From assembly GCA_964423405.1 (NCBI GenBank), contig CAYREY010000005.1, positions 64,494 to 128,493 on the forward strand: a DNA stretch of 64,000 nt, read 5' to 3'. The position numbers and the translations under genes were made by a program. Positions 51,201 through 57,200 of this stretch are shown here, piece by piece; position 1 is the stretch's first letter, and each line of letters begins with the position of its first letter. The notes under the pieces were generated by a model, which saw nothing but the letters and a program-made list of their open reading frames with translations, made no database searches and was not told the origin of the DNA. Source of the DNA: an uncultured Chitinophaga sp. Its GTDB lineage: Bacteria > Bacteroidota > Bacteroidia > Chitinophagales > LD1.

Positions 51201-54200
51201 TGTAAAATTACCGTTGGCCTGCAGCGTAACCGAACCATGCTGCGGGTTGCAGGTAGGTGTAGTGGTTACTGTTATTATGCCGCCATCCGGGTCATAGTCG
51301 TTGGTAGTAACGGTACCGGTTAAGGTATCGTCTTCGTTCATATTATAGTTATCGTCAACAGCTACCGGTGGCAGGTTCACACAGGTGTAGTCAAATACTG
51401 CAATACCAGTATCGCACACGGTAGGGAAGTTAACGTTACATACTTTATAGCAAATGCTGTCAACCCCGTTAAATGCAGCTGGCGGGGTAAATGTAAACGC
51501 ACCACCTGCATTAACGTTGAAAGTACCGGCGCTGAAGTTACCGCAGATAAGTGGTGTTACCACCTGTATGCCATCGCCCGAAGGGTCGATATCGTTGGTA
51601 AGTATATTGCCGGTTATTGGCGATACAGCACAGCTTGAGTACACATCTCTTACAGCTATAGGTGCACAGTTGTTTACTACCAGGGTAGTAGTACCCGGGC
51701 TGGTGCTTGAGCAACCATTTACAGTAATAGTTACACTGTAAGTGCCTGCGTTAACCGCAGCCGCACTGGCTATAGTAGGGCTTTGCAGGTTAGATGAGAA
51801 GCTGTTAGGGCCGCTCCAGGTGTAGGTTGCACCCAACACAGCAGGGGTAGTCAGTTGTATCAGGTCGCCTAAACATACCGGGCCGTTGTTGCTGGCCGAA
51901 GGTACACCCGGTGTAGTGTTAACTACAACGGTAGTAGTACCGGCTGTGGTAGATGTACAACCATTAACAGTTTGGGTAACGCTGTACAGGCCAGCCATAC
52001 CGGTGGTGGCATTACTGCGCGATACCGGAGTACCGGTTGTAGTAGGTCCATCAGGGTAGGTCCAGTTAAAGGTAGCGCCTACCTGTCCGGTAGCAGTCAG
52101 GTTAATAGCATTACCGGTACATACCGGGCTATTGCTATTAGCTGTAGGTGCAGCAGGTGTTTGGTTTATAGTTACGTTAACAGTACCTGCAGTAGTGCTG
52201 GTACAGCCATTTATAGTTTGTGTTACGCTGTACACACCAGCCATGCCGGTGGTTACGTTGCTGCGGGTTACAGGGTTGCCGGTTGTACCGCCACCATCAG
52301 GGTAAGTCCATGTAAAGGTAGCGCCTGGTAAACCGGTAGCTGTTAAGGTAAGTGTGTTACCCGAGCAGATTGGGTTTGGCGAAGCAGCAGCAGTTGGAGC
52401 TGCAGGGGTTTCGTTTACGGTTACGCTAACTGAACCCGGAGTGGTAGAAGTACAGCCGTTAACTGTTTGAGTAACGTTGTACACACCACCCATAGCAGTG
52501 GTTACGTTGGTACGTGTTACCGGGCTGCCGGTAGCACCGCCACCATCAGGGTAGGTCCAGGTAAAGGTTGCGCCCGGCTGACCGGTTGCAGTAAGGGTTA
52601 ATGTATTGCCCGAGCAAATTGGGTTTGGTGAAGCACCGGCTGTAGGAGCCGATGGGGTTTGGTTTACAGTTACGTTTACAGTACCCGCAGTAGTGCTGGT
52701 ACAACCGTTTACAGTTTGTGTTACGCTGTAAACACCGCTCATGCCGGTAGTTACATTGCTGCGGGTTACCGGGCTGCCGGTAGCTGTGCCACCATCTGGG
52801 AAACTCCAGTTAAAGGTAGCTCCCACCAGACCAGTAGCGGTTAGGGTCAAAGTATTACCCGAGCAAATTGGATTTGGCGCAGCAGCAGCACTTGGTGCTG
52901 CTGGTGTTTGGTTAACGGTTACGTTTACAGTACCTGAAGTGGTAGATGTACAGCCGCTTACAGTTTGTGTTACGCTGTACACACCACCCATACCGGTGGT
53001 TACGTTGTTGCGGGTTACCGGGCTACCGGTAGCACCACCACCATCAGGGTAAGTCCAGGTAAAGGTAGCGCCCGGCTGGCCGGTAGCTGTAAGGGTTAAT
53101 GTATTGCCACTGCAAATTGGGTTTGGCGAAGCACCGGCAGTAGGTGCCGATGGAGTTTGGTTTACGGTTACGTTTACAGTACCCGGTGTAGTGCTGGTAC
53201 AGCCATTTACCGTTTGGGTAACGCTGTAAACACCGCTCATACCGGTAGTAACGTTAGTACGTGTAACCGGGCTGCCGGTAGCAGTACCACCGTCAGGGAA
53301 AATCCAGTTATATGTAGCGCCTACCTGGCCGGTAGCTGTCAGGGTAAGTGTATTACCCGAGCAGATTGGGTTTGGCGAAGCACCGGCAGTAGGTGCTGCT
53401 GGTGTTTGGTTAACAGTAACGGTAACACAGGCCGGTGATGAAGTACAGCCGGCTACAGTTTGTGTAACACAGTAGCTGCCGCTCATACCGGTAGTAGCCG
53501 ATAGTATAGTTGGATTTTGAGAAGTTGAGTTGTAGCTGTTAGGGCCGGTCCAGCTGTAGCTGGCACCCGACTGGCCATTGGCTGTAAGGTTAATTGCATT
53601 GCCAGAACATACCGGGCTGTTGCTGCCGGCAGTAGGTGCTGCAGGAGTAGTTGGGTCGGTAAGTACAACCGGGCCTGCAACAGGCGATGAAGCACAACCG
53701 GTAGATACCAGAGTAACTACAAAGTTAGAATATGAACCTGCACTAAGGCTGCCGATAACCAGTTCGCCGGTACCGGTAGAGCTTATCACAAACGGCCCTT
53801 GACCACCACCCGGTGTTTTGGTATATGTTACCGAGTAGTTGGCATTGTTATTTAAGCCGCTTAGGGTAATTGAGCCTTGTGAGCCACCGCAGGTGGTTGG
53901 GTTGCTGCTACCAAATATGCCAAACGATGGTGTTTGGTTTACAGTAACAGTAGTACAAGCCTGTGGCGATACACAGTTGTTTACTGTTTGTGTGGCGCAG
54001 TAGCTACCGCTCATGCCGGTAGTAGCGCTGGTAATAGATGGATTTTGTGTACTGCTGGTGTAGCTGTTAGGGCCGGTCCAGCTGAATGATGAACCAGGGC
54101 CGCTGGCAGTAAGGTTAATAGTACCACCCGAGCATACCGGGCTATTGCTACCTACTGTAGGTGCAGCCGGGTTACTTGGATCGGTAAGCGTAAACGGACC

Positions 54201-57200
54201 AGCCGCTGCCGACGTACAACCCAGCAGGGTAACTGTTACGCTGGTGTAGCTGCCTGCAGATAAACCTGTAATAGTAAGAACACCACTGGCATTGGTTGTA
54301 ATGCTGAATGGCCCCTGGGCAACCAGGTTTTTAAGATAGTTTACGGTGTAAGTAGTATTAGCTAACAAACCGTTTAATACAACAGTACCGTTGGTACCGC
54401 TACAGGTAGTTGGGTTGGTACTGGTGCTGGTAGAAACTGTAGGAGTTTGGTTTACAACCACAGTAACACATGCAGGGGCCGAAATACAGCCTGCTACTGT
54501 TTGCGTTACGCAGTATTCGCCGTCCATAGCCAATGTAGCGCTGGTGCGGCTTGGGTTTTGCAGGTTAGATGTAAACGAGTTGTCGCCATCTACACCTACC
54601 CAGCTGTAAGTAGCCCCTACGTTACCGTTGGCAAACAGGTTAATAGTGCCACCTGTACATACCGGGCTGTTGCTGCTAACCGAAGGAGCAGCAGGAGCAG
54701 CAGGATCGGTAAGGTTAAGCGGGCCGGCAACCGGCGATGACTGGCAACCGTTAAGAGTTACCGTAATTACCGAGTAATTGCCCTGATTTAAACCGCTGAT
54801 GGTTACCACACCTGCACCATTCGAAGTAAGGTTGAATGGGCCTTGCAATATACCGTTGCGGGTATAGCGTACACTGTATGTAGTGTTAGCTGTTAAACCG
54901 TTTAATGTAATGGTACCATCGTTGCCACCGCAGGTGGTTGGGTTGGTAAAGCCAGATGTTACAATAACCGGAGTAGGATTAACTACTACGTTGGTACAAC
55001 CAGGTGCCGAAGCACAGTTTGCTACAGTTACTACCACACAGTAGTTACCACTCATGTTGGTAGCAGCGTTAGATATAGATGGATTCTGTACGTTATTGCT
55101 GTATGAAAGCGGGCCGGTCCAGCTATAGCTGCCACCGGCTACTGTAGCCGTGCTTAGGCTAATTACAGTGCCAGAACATACCGGGCTGTTGCTGCTTGGC
55201 GATGGAGTAGCCGGCGCAGTAGGATCGGTAAGAACCAGTGGCCCGTTAAATACTGCCGAAGTACAACCATTGGCTGTAACAGTAAAGTTGGTATACGAAC
55301 CAGCCGAAAGGCCGGTGATAAGTAGCTGGCCGCTACCATTGCTGGTAAGGGTAAATGGCCCCTGAGCTACCAGATCTTTAGAATATGACAACGAGTAAGT
55401 AGTGTTGTTCGCAAGGCCGTTCAGTGTAATTGAACCATCGCTACCGGCACAGGTAGTTGGGTTAACACGGGTACCCGACGATATAGCCGGTGTAGTGTTA
55501 ACTACTACGTTGGTACAACCGGGTGCCGAAGGACAACCAGCCACCGTAACTACTACACAGTAGCTGCCCGCCATAGCTGTAGTAGCATTGGTGCGGGTAG
55601 GGTTTTGTACTGATGATGAGAAAGAAGATGGGCCTGTCCAGCTATAAGTACCACCAGCTACAGTGCTGGTAGATAAAGAGATGGTATTACCTGTACATAC
55701 CGGGGTATTGCTGGTAGGTGCCGGTGTGGCAGGTGAACTTGGAGGACTAAGGGTTATAGTTCCTGCAAGTGGTGCCGATGAACAACCGCTGAGTGTTACT
55801 ATTATATTAGTATAGGCACCAGCCGCCAAACCGGTAATAGTTAGTAAGCCGCTACCGTTGCTGGTAAAGTTTACTGCCGATTGAGGTGCACCGTTAAATG
55901 TATAGCTTACCGAGTAAGTGGTGTTATTATTTAAACCGCTTATGGTAATGCTGCCGTTGGTTCCACCGCAGGTAGTAGGGTTACTGCTGCTGCTGAAAGC
56001 AAATGTTGGCGTTTGGTTAACTGTAAGGGTTACGCTGCGGGCCGGCGATGTACAGTTATTAATTGTTTGGGTTACGTTATAAGCACCGCCCTGAGCCGTA
56101 GTAGTAATAGCCAGGCTTGGGTTTTGCTGTGTGCTGGTAAAGCCGTTAGGGCCGGTCCAGTTCCAGGTAATAGTACCTACCTGGTTGGTAGTAGCAGCAA
56201 AGTTAACTGTGTTGCCGGTACAAACAGGGTTTGGTGTTACCGTAGCTGTAAGCGGGGCTGGTGGTGCTGTAGGATCTACCAGGGTAATGGTAGTGCCGTT
56301 AACAGCCGATGAACAACCGGCTATAGACACCTGGAAGCCGGTATAAGTACCAGCAGTAAGGCCGGTTATTATAATGTTACCGCTACCGTTAGTAGTTAAC
56401 GATACAGGGCCTTGTTGTACACCACCTTTAGTATAAAATACAGTATAGGTTTGGTTTGCCAACAGGCCGGTAATGGTAATAGTACCTTGCGTACCGCTAC
56501 AGGTAGTAGGGTTAGTACCTGTTACGGTACCAATAACCGGTGTACCGGTTACTACTAATGTTACCGTTCCCTGAGGAGAGGTACAGCCATTTACAGTTTG
56601 TGTTACCAAATAAGTACCGCCCTGGTTAATAGCTGTAATGCTACGGGTAGGGTTTTGCAATGAGCTGGTAAACGACTGAGGGCCGGTCCAGCTATAAGTT
56701 GCACCTACCTGGCCAGTAGCACTAAACTGCACTGTAGTGCCGGTACAAACCGGATTCGGAGTAGCGGTTACATTGCTTGGTGCAGGTGGCGAAGCCGGAT
56801 CGGTAATTACATATGTATTAGGTAAAGTATAACCACACAAACGATTGGTTGGGTGGAACACCTCTACCGAAGTATAAGAACCGGCAGTTAAGCCCGAAAT
56901 AGTTAAAGTACCGGTACCGCTGGCTGTAGTATAGTAGAAAGGCCCCTGAAGCGGACCTCCATTTTTACTATAGTACACACCGTACTGTACGCCGGGTACC
57001 AGGTTACCGTTGGTTATTACCAGCGAGCCTGTGGCACTACCACACGAGGTAGTTCCATTGGTATCTACGGTAGCGCTTACCAGGTTTACACAACGGTATC
57101 GTATTACCAGGTAGTCTTCTACCTCACCGTTTGCAGCATTGGCGGTAGGCGATGGGTTACTTACAAAAAACGACGTTTGAGTGGTTATACGCAAACGCAT

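Noticed and set aside
51675-53411. The regular 249-nt repeats could superficially suggest a CRISPR-like or satellite array.
   Set aside because: The period is far too long for CRISPR repeats and there are no unique spacers. Every unit is in frame within the giant ORF and encodes an Ig-like domain. No cas genes are present in the window.
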